Origin: Erysipelotrichaceae bacterium MTC7
Lineage (GTDB): Bacteria; Bacillota_I; Bacilli_A; Erysipelotrichales; Erysipelotrichaceae
Assembly: GCA_001695645.1 (NCBI GenBank)
Contig: LVZN01000002.1
Coordinates: forward strand, 30,001-62,000
Reading direction: 5' to 3'
DNA: 32,000 nt
The position numbers and the translations under genes are program-made. How positions within the stretch are numbered: position 1 is the first letter of the stretch; the number at the start of each line of letters is the position of its first letter. The notes beneath the pieces are model-generated. The model made no database searches and was not told the origin of the DNA. It was given only the letters and a program-made list of their open reading frames with translations. Of the stretch, positions 1-7,711 are shown one piece after another.

Positions 1-22
1 CCTTAAACGCAGGTGAGGTCAT
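1..22 (-). CDS. First 7 codons of a third gene in the minus-strand operon (an ABC ATPase is expected here if this is an ABC-3C system); truncated by the window
   Basis: ATG (reverse complement of 20-22) lies 2 nt after the stop of the upstream small gene. Reading MTSPAFK runs off the window. Too short to identify. Confidence 0.25.
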
Positions 23-24
23 TT

Positions 25-249
25 CTATAAGCATGAGTACACCTCCCCATCTTCATTGATATCAACCGCCCGGAGAGCATACAGGCAGTCCATGACGGAC
101 AAAAAGTCCGTAGCATCGGCCAGAGCCGGTCTCATCACAAGGAATAAGTCCTTCACTTCTTTAGGACCGTTTTTCAGTTCGGTCAGCACCTTGGGAACCA
201 GTTCCAGGGTGCTTGCTTTATATGAATACAGTTTATTCGGTAATTGCAT
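25..249 (-). CDS. Small (74 aa) protein resembling the ABC-three-component system middle component (wHTH-like)
   Basis: Internal ATG of ORF 25..339, giving MQLPNKLYSYKAS... It overlaps the upstream gene stop by 17 nt, which suggests translational coupling. The pattern LPNK-x-STL-x-VPxVLxxL...F...MDCLYALRAVDINEDGEV matches my memory of ABC-3C middle-component families. No HMM was run. Confidence 0.5.
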   Translation of the reverse strand: MQLPNKLYSYKASTLELVPKVLTELKNGPKEVKDLFLVMRPALADATDFLSVMDCLYALRAVDINEDGEVYSCL

Positions 250-1402
250 CGAAAACCTCGCAGCTCTGAACAAAATAGGAGACAACGATCTGGCAGTAGA
301 TATCGTCCTGCAGGGTAACGCGGTGTATCTTCCCCGCAATCTCGTTAAATATCTCCAGGCGTGACTTATTTGCCTTTTTCAGTCTTTTATAAAAAGCGTG
401 GATCTGATCCTGTATCTCATCGTAGTCGATTTCTCCGCGCTTATCCAGGTTCATCATGATTTCCCTGATCCGAGGATAGTAGGTCGTGACGTACCCGTTC
501 ACGGCTATGTATAACGCCATGTCCTGTGTGGGACTCAGTTTCTGTTTGATCTCTTTCGGGTCAAGGGAAGCTCCAACAAGCTCTTTTTCTCCGAGCTTTT
601 TGACCTTCTTGATTACGCCCACGATGCCTTTTTCAAGCGGAAGGTCATCCAGCAAGTGGACGCTCTGCTTATGCGTGGACAGGATGTTCTTTATCTCTTT
701 CAGTTCTTTGGACAGTTTCTTGCTGTCATCCAGAAGATATGTAGCGTAGCACTGCGGACACATCGCCATCAGGTTATCCGGCGTGGCGGGTTTCTGTTTG
801 TCTATCAGGCTTACCTCGTATGTATGAACCGCTTTGCCTCTATTGGTGATGGTCAGTTGTCTGCCGCAGCCGGGAAACGGGCAGTAACCGTCCGTTTCTC
901 CAAGAAGGTAATCCCCATATCTGATTTTTAGGTCTGATGCAAGCTGTTGTTGCTGCTGTTTCTGCAAAGCGTCCTGCGGAACAAGTCCGGCAGACTCCTG
1001 GACGATCTCAACCATCCAGCCGGAAATGGTGTCTGCGACATTATCCGCATCAAGCGTTGGGTCATAACCCTTCAAATCGTCAGCAAGGAGGCTCCGGGAA
1101 GTGTCACTGTGTTCGTTGATCCGCTCGACCATAACCTCCGGCGTAAGCCTGTACACGATGGAGCCTGCCAGTTTCTTTGGCAGCTTTCTTTTTGTGTAAC
1201 TGCGGATCGTCTCATCACTCAGCTTAACAGACGGGTCTTTCCCGGTTCCCCACTCATCCTCGTTCACAGTCGTTATCATCGCCATAAGCTCGCGGAAGAA
1301 GTACGGAACATCGTCGCCATCGGCTAAATGCTTTTTCATGATAGGAAACAGCGTTTTAAATTCCACGTTGGCCTGACACTCCTTTACCAAGATTTGCACC
1401 AC
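233..1402 (-). CDS. 389-aa protein resembling an ABC-3C effector: unknown N-terminal region, degenerate HNH/zinc-ribbon (CPFPGC...CPQC), helical C-terminal domain ending CEVFD
   Basis: Long ORF in a lower-G+C segment with believable amino-acid composition. Four-Cys motif CxxxxC...N-L-M-A-M-C-P-Q-C has HNH-like spacing, but the catalytic His positions appear substituted. Start is uncertain: GTG at 1402 or ATG at 1339. The functional call comes from gene context and remembered family features. Confidence 0.5.
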   Translation of the reverse strand: MVQILVKECQANVEFKTLFPIMKKHLADGDDVPYFFRELMAMITTVNEDEWGTGKDPSVKLSDETIRSYTKRKLPKKLAGSIVYRLTPEVMVERINEHSDTSRSLLADDLKGYDPTLDADNVADTISGWMVEIVQESAGLVPQDALQKQQQQQLASDLKIRYGDYLLGETDGYCPFPGCGRQLTITNRGKAVHTYEVSLIDKQKPATPDNLMAMCPQCYATYLLDDSKKLSKELKEIKNILSTHKQSVHLLDDLPLEKGIVGVIKKVKKLGEKELVGASLDPKEIKQKLSPTQDMALYIAVNGYVTTYYPRIREIMMNLDKRGEIDYDEIQDQIHAFYKRLKKANKSRLEIFNEIAGKIHRVTLQDDIYCQIVVSYFVQSCEVFDAITE

Positions 1403-1507
1403 GACGCACCACGATGCACCAAACCATCCCCAGATCGAGAGGTCTCATTTTCTATAATGAAAACGACTTCTGAAACGACAGTGGGTGGGTCAAAAGACAC
1501 CAAAGAT

Positions 1508-1536
1508 AGTATACCACAAATGAGTTCAAATGTCAA
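1508..1536 (-). promoter_or_regulatory. Near-consensus sigma-A type promoter driving the minus-strand operon
   Basis: On the reverse strand: TTGACA (1536-1531), a 17-nt spacer, then TGgTATACT (extended -10; -10 hexamer at 1513-1508). About 100 nt upstream of the ORF start at 1402. Confidence 0.55.
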
Positions 1537-1656
1537 ATAAATTATTTGCGAAAAGGACGCAGCAAGATCATGAACAGGAATACTGAGAAAATCACGGTGC
1601 GTGGACTTCAGTTTCCAATCTCTCGTGCGCTACCTGTGAACAGAAAAATTTCGCAG

Positions 1657-1695
1657 GAGGTTAAAAATCCGCTGATTTTCTTTGACTGTGACTTG
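1657..1695 (+). repeat. Copy A of the 3-copy element GGTTAAAA(A)TCC...TTTTCTTTGACTGTGACTTG (hairpin arms degenerate in this copy)
   Basis: The 20-mer TTTTCTTTGACTGTGACTTG (1676-1695) is identical to 2658-2677 and 7303-7322. The upstream GGTTAAAAATCC loop-like segment is also retained. Confidence 0.7.
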
Positions 1696-2078
1696 AGGAC
1701 TAAGAATTTTTCAGAAGAGTCCGCTCAAACCGGCAGTTCATCTCCAGTGGATAGTGAGGGGGTTGAATTTTTCGGCAGGAAGTAGAAGGAAACCGTCAGA
1801 TTTACCCTTCTCCCAAGGCTACCTGATAGGAGCCACACAAACAAGGTAAAAGGCGGGCGACCGCTTTTACATAACAAAATATTTCAATGCCTGATTACGT
1901 ATAAGGGCAAAGGATACATATATCGGACAAGCTGCTGCGGCGGCGAAAGTGCGATATGGAGTACCCTTTCTTCCTTATACCCTTTTGCAGGCAAGTAAGG
2001 TCGGGGATGCTCCACAGGCACTCCGGCCTTTATCTGTATCTGATGCCCTTTCCCAAGAATCAGGGGAAAGGACAATCA

Positions 2079-2627
2079 ATGAAAACCAAAAAGACAAGAT
2101 GGGACAAGAGAGGCACTTACACATTCAACTTTAATGACGGCAGCAGCGTTACCGTCAGACCCGGCGAAGACGGCGTGACCGAGGCGGACATCAAAGTCCT
2201 GCACTCCCTGGACGATGCCGAGGTTTACAACAACATCAAAAATAGCCGTCCTCCGATGACAGACGCAGAGAAAGCGGAGAAAAGGAAGTGGGAGGCGGAG
2301 CATCCAGGAGAGCGGTACCCCGCAAACTGGAACCTTTCCTTCGACTACATGGCGGGCGATGACGGCGACGAGGACAAGTTGGACAAGAGCCGCATCCTTT
2401 CGGAAACCTGCACCTACATGGAAACGGAGGACGAGACCGAAAAAGAAATGCTCGACCGCATCCTGTGGTTCCTGACCGACATCCAGCGCGAGGTGTACCG
2501 CCTGGTAAAGCTCGTGGGACACACGCAGACAGAGGCGGCGGATATCCTGGGGACAAGCATTCCGAACATCAACAAGCATCTGAAGAAAGCGATGGAGCGA
2601 ATCGAGGAACAGAAAGAAAAAATGTGA
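2079..2627 (+). CDS. Sigma-70 region-4-like HTH regulator (182 aa), likely an early transcription factor
   Basis: ATG at 2079 follows GGGGAAAGGA. C-terminal segment LTDIQREVYRLVKLVGHTQTEAADILGTSIPNINKHLKKAMERI has the sigma-70 r4 / ECF-like HTH pattern. The upstream in-frame extension (1956-2078) looks non-coding. Confidence 0.6.
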   Translation: MKTKKTRWDKRGTYTFNFNDGSSVTVRPGEDGVTEADIKVLHSLDDAEVYNNIKNSRPPMTDAEKAEKRKWEAEHPGERYPANWNLSFDYMAGDDGDEDKLDKSRILSETCTYMETEDETEKEMLDRILWFLTDIQREVYRLVKLVGHTQTEAADILGTSIPNINKHLKKAMERIEEQKEKM

Positions 2628-2632
2628 TTTTT

Positions 2633-2677
2633 CCGGGCGGGGTTAAAATCCCGCCCATTTTCTTTGACTGTGACTTG
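2633..2677 (+). terminator. Rho-independent terminator hairpin fused to the conserved CTTTGACTGTGACTTG box (copy B)
   Basis: GGGCGGG (2635-2641) pairs with CCCGCCC (2650-2656) across an 8-nt loop GTTAAAAT, followed by ATTTTCTTT. It sits directly after the stop codon at 2627. Confidence 0.7.
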
Positions 2678-2712
2678 TAAGGCAGATGACCTTACAGAAA
2701 GCGAGGTGACAC

Positions 2713-2949
2713 ATGGCAATGAAACACAGAATCACCATCAATGTCACTGATCCGAACGGAAAGAAGGCTGCCGTGCTGCGCGGGGCGGATATGCGGCTCC
2801 CTGCAAGGCTCGTGAGGTTCCTCTTCGGGGACTTCCAGCAGGTCTACCTCCTCTCGCCGGGGCAGACAGTTGAATCCGTGAATATCAGTGAGGTCAAGGA
2901 AGGAGGTAAAACGGATGCCAAAAATGAGCCAACTTGCAGCGGAACTTGA
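2713..2949 (+). CDS. Hypothetical small protein (78 aa)
   Basis: ATG preceded by GAGGTG. Overlaps the next gene by 35 nt. No recognisable motifs. Confidence 0.4.
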   Translation: MAMKHRITINVTDPNGKKAAVLRGADMRLPARLVRFLFGDFQQVYLLSPGQTVESVNISEVKEGGKTDAKNEPTCSGT

Positions 2950-3301
2950 TGAGCTGCGCCACTGCGGTGAAGTCCTGATCGGGATTTCCGATACGCTCCG
3001 TGAGATGTTCAGCGGCGGCGATGATATGACGGTGACACAGGAAACGCCTGCGGAAAAGCCGAAGGGCAAGGCAAAGGCGGAAAAGACTGCTCCCGCAAAG
3101 GAGCCGGAACCTGAAAAGCCTGCGGAGCCAGAAAAGAAACTCACCCTTGCGGATGTCAGGGCGGTGCTTGCCGAGAAGTCCAGAGCCGGGTTTACCGAAG
3201 AGGTCAAGGCGCTGATCGCAAAACACGGCGCGGACAGGCTGTCGGAAGTGCCGGAAACGGAGTACGCCGCCCTGCTTGCGGATGCGGAGGTGCTGGGATG
3301 A
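2915..3301 (+). CDS. Hypothetical protein with a Pro/Glu/Lys-rich linker and helical C-terminal domain
   Basis: ATG at 2915 is 7 nt after AGGAGG. Stop overlaps the next start (ATGA). Low-complexity PAEKPKGKAKAEKTAPAKEPEPEKPAEPEKK, then LTLADVRAVLAEKSRAG.... Confidence 0.6.
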   Translation: MPKMSQLAAELDELRHCGEVLIGISDTLREMFSGGDDMTVTQETPAEKPKGKAKAEKTAPAKEPEPEKPAEPEKKLTLADVRAVLAEKSRAGFTEEVKALIAKHGADRLSEVPETEYAALLADAEVLG

Positions 3302-4425
3302 GTGAGAAGAAACACGCGGTGCTTTCCGCATCCTCGGCACACAGGTGGCTTGCCTGCCCGCCTTCTGCTCTGGCCTGTGCCAGCGTGAAGGATACCGCAA
3401 GCGAGTATGCCCAGCAAGGGACGGACGCGCACAGCCTTTGCGAGTATAAGCTTCTGAAATCCCTGGGACAGAAAGCAGAAGACCCGACCGAGAACCTTAC
3501 CTATTTCGATGAGGAGATGGTGGGCTGCGCCGATGCCTATGCAGAGTTTGTACAGGAGCAGGTTGAGGCGGCAAAGCAGAAATGCGCCGATCCCATCGTG
3601 TTGGTGGAACAGCGGCTTGATTTCTCCGAGTATGTGCCGGAGGGCTTCGGCACCGGGGACTGCGTCATTGTCGGGGATGGGACGCTCTCGGTGATCGATT
3701 TCAAGTACGGCGTAGGGATCGTGGTCGAGGCAGAGAAGAATCCGCAGATGATGTGTTACGCGCTCGGTGCGCTGGCGCTGTTTGACGGGATCTACGATAT
3801 CGACACGGTATCCATGACCATCTTCCAACCGAGGCGCGAGAATGTCAGCACATACACCATCCCCAAGGAGGAACTGCTCACCTGGGCAAAAGAGGTGCTT
3901 GCACCGACCGCGCAGCTTGCCGCAAAGGGCGAGGGCGAATACTGCGCCGGGGAACACTGCCAGTTCTGCAAGGTGAAAGCCACCTGCAGGAAACGAGCGG
4001 AACATAACCTGGAGCTTGCCCGCTACGACTTCGAGCCTCCGGCTAACCTGGAGGACGCCGAGATCGAGGCGATCCTCGCAAGAGCGGATGAACTGGTTTC
4101 TTGGGCGGGCGACGTCAAGGAATTTGCTCTCCAGGCGGCTCTGCAGGGAAAGCAATGGCAGGACTGGAAGGTGGTCGAAGGCCGCTCCAACAGGAAGTAC
4201 ACAAACGATGACGCCGTCGCACAGACGGTGCAGGACGCCGGATACGATCCCTACGAACATAAAGTTCTGGGCATCACGGCGATGACGAAACTCCTCGGCA
4301 AAGGGAAGTTTGAGGAACTGCTCGGCTCCCTTACCTATAAGCCGCAGGGCAAACCCACATTAGTGCCGATTACGGACAAGCGTCCGGTAATGAATACGGC
4401 AGCAGAAGATTTCAAAGAAGATTAA
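3298..4425 (+). CDS. DUF2800-type PD-(D/E)XK (Cas4-like) nuclease of the phage replication/recombination module
   Basis: N-terminal LSASSAHRWLACPPS, motifs GTDAHSLCE and DFKYG, and a C-terminal Cys cluster CAGEHCQFCKVKATC typical of Cas4-like Fe-S nucleases. Conserved neighbourhood with DUF2815 and a family-A polymerase. Confidence 0.8.
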   Translation: MSEKKHAVLSASSAHRWLACPPSALACASVKDTASEYAQQGTDAHSLCEYKLLKSLGQKAEDPTENLTYFDEEMVGCADAYAEFVQEQVEAAKQKCADPIVLVEQRLDFSEYVPEGFGTGDCVIVGDGTLSVIDFKYGVGIVVEAEKNPQMMCYALGALALFDGIYDIDTVSMTIFQPRRENVSTYTIPKEELLTWAKEVLAPTAQLAAKGEGEYCAGEHCQFCKVKATCRKRAEHNLELARYDFEPPANLEDAEIEAILARADELVSWAGDVKEFALQAALQGKQWQDWKVVEGRSNRKYTNDDAVAQTVQDAGYDPYEHKVLGITAMTKLLGKGKFEELLGSLTYKPQGKPTLVPITDKRPVMNTAAEDFKED

Positions 4426-4438
4426 GGAGGACAATACC

Positions 4439-5002
4439 ATGTCAAAGAATTTTGTAAATCCCACCAAGGTTATCACTGGTCCCAACACCAGATGGAGCTA
4501 TGCGAATGTCTGGGAGGCGAAGAGCATCAACGGCGGCGCGCCGAAGTTCAGCGTGAGCCTCATCATCCCGAAGTCCGATACCAAGACCATCGAGAAGATC
4601 AAGGCGGCTATCCAGGCAGCCTACGAGGAGGGTGAATCCAAGCTCAAGGGCAACGGCAAGACCGTCCCCGCGCTCTCGGTTCTTAAGACTCCCCTGCGTG
4701 ACGGCGATCTGGAACGTCCCGACGATGAGGCGTATGCCAATGCCTTCTTCGTGAACGCCAACTCCGGCACGGCTCCCGGCATCGTGGATGCGGACAGACA
4801 GCCGATCCTCGACCACTCCGAGGTGTATTCCGGTGTGTACGGCCGCGCCAGCATCAATTTCTATGCGTTTAACTCCAATGGCAACAAGGGTATCGCCTGC
4901 GGTCTGAACAATCTCCAGAAGATGCGTGACGGCGAGCCTCTCGGCGGCAAGACCCGTGCGGAGGATGATTTCGCGGACGATGATGAGGACTTCCTCGATT
5001 GA
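4439..5002 (+). CDS. DUF2815-type ssDNA-binding-like protein with acidic C-terminal tail
   Basis: Strong RBS AAGGAGG. Sequence ...RWSYANVWEAK...FSVSLIIPK... ending in DDFADDDEDFLD, like an SSB tail. Conserved position between DUF2800 and the polymerase. Confidence 0.8.
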   Translation: MSKNFVNPTKVITGPNTRWSYANVWEAKSINGGAPKFSVSLIIPKSDTKTIEKIKAAIQAAYEEGESKLKGNGKTVPALSVLKTPLRDGDLERPDDEAYANAFFVNANSGTAPGIVDADRQPILDHSEVYSGVYGRASINFYAFNSNGNKGIACGLNNLQKMRDGEPLGGKTRAEDDFADDDEDFLD

Positions 5003-5060
5003 TCCCGGATTCGGCGGGCGGCGGGAAACCGCCGTCTGCCACATAGCGAGGTAAACGAAG

Positions 5061-5225
5061 ATGGTTAATGAAGTATTCAATTTCCTGTGTTCTGCTCTCG
5101 TGATCCTGCTGCTTGCGGAGGTCGCTGCGCTGGTATTCGTCAGCGTACACGAGGCGTTCCGGGAGAAGCGTGAACAGATGCGCAGGTACTACAGGAACAG
5201 ACGAAACAGGAAAAACGACAAGTAA
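5061..5225 (+). CDS. Possible 54-aa single-pass membrane protein
   Basis: My own translation: MVNEVFNFLCSALVILLLAEVAALVFVSVHEAFREKREQMRRYYRNRRNRKNDK. Hydrophobic helix followed by a basic tail. GAGGT lies 7 nt upstream. Below the ORF-track size cut-off. Confidence 0.3.
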   Translation: MVNEVFNFLCSALVILLLAEVAALVFVSVHEAFREKREQMRRYYRNRRNRKNDK

Positions 5226-5280
5226 TGCGGATGGGGCGGCAGGGGTTACCTTTGCCGCCCTTTTGAAAAGGACGGTGCAT

Positions 5281-7269
5281 ATGAAAACATTGAGTATCGA
5301 TTTGGAGACCTACAGCAGCAATGACCTGCAGAAGTGCGGCGTTTACAAGTATGCTGAGGCTCCCGATTTTGAAATATTGCTGTTTGGTTATTCTGCGGAC
5401 GGCGGTCCAGTTGAGGTAGTTGACCTTACCTCTGGCGAGAAGATACCGCAGACGGTCATTGATGCCCTTACGGACGATTCAGTTATCAAGTGGGCGTACA
5501 ACTGTCAGTTCGAGCGGGTGTGTCTCTCACGCTATCTGTCTGATCGTGGCATAAGCCTTGATCCGTTTCATGACCGCCATGAACTGACCACGGAGATGGC
5601 GAGGTTCTTAAATCCCGAAAGCTGGCGCTGCTCCATGATCTGGTCGGCATACATGGGGCTTCCCCGTTCGCTTGAGTCGGTTGGCGCTGTTCTCGGCCTT
5701 GAGGAACAGAAGCTGAAGGAGGGCAAGGAACTGATCCGTTATTTCTGCGTCCCCTGTAAGCCGACCAAGGCGAACGGCGGCAGGACGAGAAATCTGCCTG
5801 TCCACGATCCTGACAAGTGGGAAATGTTCAAGAAATACAATAAGCGCGATGTGGAGACAGAGATGGCGATACAGAAACGACTCGCCAATTATCCCGTGCC
5901 GGACTTCGTGTGGGATGAGTTCCACATTGACCAGGAAATCAACGACCGGGGCATCATGCTCGATATGGACGTGGTCACGAACGCTATTGACTTTGATGAA
6001 CGCTCCAAGGGAGAACTGGCAGAAGCCATGCAGGAACTGACCGACCTTGAGAATCCAAATTCCGTGGTGCAGATGAAGCAGTGGCTTTCGGATAACGGCA
6101 TGGAGGTGGATTCCCTCGGAAAGAAAGAGGTCGCTGCCATGCTGAAGACCGCTCCGCCGAAACTGGCGGAGGTACTGACGCTCCGGCAGCAGCTTGCCAA
6201 GTCCTCTGTAAAGAAATATCAGGCAATGCAAAATTCTGTCTGTGCTGATAACAGGTGCCGTGGAATGTTCGCTTTCTACGGAGCCAACAGGACGGGCAGG
6301 TTCGCCGGGCGTATCGTGCAATTGCAGAATCTGCCTCAGAACCATATCCCCGATTTAGCGGAAGCCCGCTCCCTTGTGAAATGCGGCGATTATGAGGCGC
6401 TGGAACTTCTGTATGAGAATGTGCCGGAGGTTTTATCGGAACTGATCCGCACGGCATTCGTGCCGAAACCGGGATACAAATTCATCGTATCGGACTTCTC
6501 CGCTATTGAGGCTCGTGTGTTGTCCTGGCTTGCCGGGGAACAGTGGCGGATGCAGACCTTTGCCGAGGGCGGGGACATCTACTGTGCTACGGCGGAGAGG
6601 ATGTTCCATTGCAGGGTGGTCAAGCACGGCGAGAACGGTGAGCTGCGCCAGAAGGGCAAGCAGTGCGAATTGTCCTGTGGCTACGGCGGATCTGTCGGTG
6701 CGCTCAAAGCGATGGGCGCTCTTGAGGCTGGTATGCAGGAGGACGAACTGAAACCGCTGGTGGACGCATGGCGGTCTGCCAATCCGAAAATCGTGGAGTT
6801 CTGGTGGGATGTCGACCGTGCGGTCATGAAGACGGTTCGGGAGCGTGTTCCCACAAGGGTAAAGAACATCCGATTCTCCTGGAAGAGCGGGATGCTGTTT
6901 ATCACGCTTCCTTCCGGCAGACAGCTTGCCTATGTAAAGCCGAGGATCGGTGAGAACCAGTTCGGCGGTGACTGCGTGACATACATGGGAGTCGGCGGGA
7001 CAAAGAAGTGGGAGCGGCTGGAAAGCTATGGTCCCAAGTTCGTGGAGAACATCGTGCAGGCGATCTCAAGGGATATCCTCATGTATGCCATGAAAACGCT
7101 GCGGTGCTGCAGCATCGTTGCCCATGTGCATGACGAACTGATCATAGAGGCGGATAAGCGGATGTCGCTTGACGCCGTATGTGAACAGATGGGAAGGACG
7201 CCGCCCTGGGCAGAGGGCTTGCTGCTCCGCGCGGATGGGTACGAGACCGATTTTTATAAAAAAGACTGA
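5281..7269 (+). CDS. Family-A DNA polymerase with 3'-5' exonuclease domain
   Basis: Start MKTLSIDLETYS (Exo I DxE). Polymerase motif A DFSAIEARVLSWL, motif B RQKGKQCELSCGYGGS, motif C HVHDELIIE. The in-frame extension 5113-5280 looks like non-coding read-through. Confidence 0.9.
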   Translation: MKTLSIDLETYSSNDLQKCGVYKYAEAPDFEILLFGYSADGGPVEVVDLTSGEKIPQTVIDALTDDSVIKWAYNCQFERVCLSRYLSDRGISLDPFHDRHELTTEMARFLNPESWRCSMIWSAYMGLPRSLESVGAVLGLEEQKLKEGKELIRYFCVPCKPTKANGGRTRNLPVHDPDKWEMFKKYNKRDVETEMAIQKRLANYPVPDFVWDEFHIDQEINDRGIMLDMDVVTNAIDFDERSKGELAEAMQELTDLENPNSVVQMKQWLSDNGMEVDSLGKKEVAAMLKTAPPKLAEVLTLRQQLAKSSVKKYQAMQNSVCADNRCRGMFAFYGANRTGRFAGRIVQLQNLPQNHIPDLAEARSLVKCGDYEALELLYENVPEVLSELIRTAFVPKPGYKFIVSDFSAIEARVLSWLAGEQWRMQTFAEGGDIYCATAERMFHCRVVKHGENGELRQKGKQCELSCGYGGSVGALKAMGALEAGMQEDELKPLVDAWRSANPKIVEFWWDVDRAVMKTVRERVPTRVKNIRFSWKSGMLFITLPSGRQLAYVKPRIGENQFGGDCVTYMGVGGTKKWERLESYGPKFVENIVQAISRDILMYAMKTLRCCSIVAHVHDELIIEADKRMSLDAVCEQMGRTPPWAEGLLLRADGYETDFYKKD

Positions 7270-7278
7270 TAGTTTTTT

Positions 7279-7322
7279 CGGGCGGGGTTAAAATCCCGCC
7301 TTTTTTCTTTGACTGTGACTTG
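7279..7322 (+). terminator. Rho-independent terminator hairpin fused to the conserved CTTTGACTGTGACTTG box (copy C)
   Basis: GGCGGG (7281-7286) pairs with CCCGCC (7295-7300), same GTTAAAAT loop, then TTTTTTCTTT. It starts 10 nt after the polymerase stop. CGGGCGGGGTTAAAATCCCGCC is identical to copy B. Confidence 0.7.
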
Positions 7323-7366
7323 AAGGGGCAATGGCTCCTTACGATTCACGGAAGGAGGACTATCAG

Positions 7367-7711
7367 ATGGATGTATTGGAGATTCGCTACGAGAACGGAC
7401 ACATGACGATCAATGTCCCTGTGTATTTCCCGTGCCTCCAGAAACATGCAAGGAAGCTCTTCCCGATGATAAAGCGTTACTGCACCGGAAAGGACAGGGC
7501 GGCTCTCGGCCGTTACCTGTATCTTCTCCGGGCTTTTTTGCAGGCGCAGATGGAAACGGGAGACGGCTTTTCCGGCGTTCCGCCAGATTGGGAGTACGGC
7601 AGCAGGTTCGTCACATACAGCGTGACGGAACGGAAGTCGCTCTATAAACGGGCGGACAGTAACTACAGGCTTTATTGCAAATTGGAGGTAGACGACGAAT
7701 GGATGAAATGA
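7367..7711 (+). CDS. Hypothetical protein (114 aa)
   Basis: ATG at 7367 is 8 nt after AGGAGG. No recognisable motifs. Confidence 0.55.
   Translation: MDVLEIRYENGHMTINVPVYFPCLQKHARKLFPMIKRYCTGKDRAALGRYLYLLRAFLQAQMETGDGFSGVPPDWEYGSRFVTYSVTERKSLYKRADSNYRLYCKLEVDDEWMK

Noticed and set aside
1546-1785. 79-aa TTG-initiated ORF in the divergent intergenic region
   Set aside because: It reads straight through copy A of the repeated non-coding element. The same FFDCDL peptide also appears in a spurious frame at copy B, so the open frame is a by-product of the repeat.
1956-2078. N-terminal extension of the sigma-like ORF (MEYPFFLIPF...)
   Set aside because: It has no RBS and an odd hydrophobic/aromatic composition. 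A proper RBS plus ATG at 2079 gives the conserved MKTKKTRWDKRG start.
2692-4260. 522-aa ORF on the minus strand
   Set aside because: It is antisense to the well-supported DUF2800 nuclease and upstream genes. Its composition is Arg/Leu/Gly/Cys-rich and low-complexity, as expected for shadow ORFs in high-G+C coding DNA. It has no RBS or operon logic.
5003-5060. GGCGG-GAAA-CCGCC hairpin after the SSB-like gene, considered as a terminator
   Set aside because: The stem is short and there is no U-tract. It is too weak to call.
5113-5280. N-terminal extension of the polymerase ORF
   Set aside because: The Arg/Ser/Gly/Thr-rich extension overlaps the better-supported mini-ORF in another frame. The Exo I motif lies right after the ATG at 5281, which has its own RBS.
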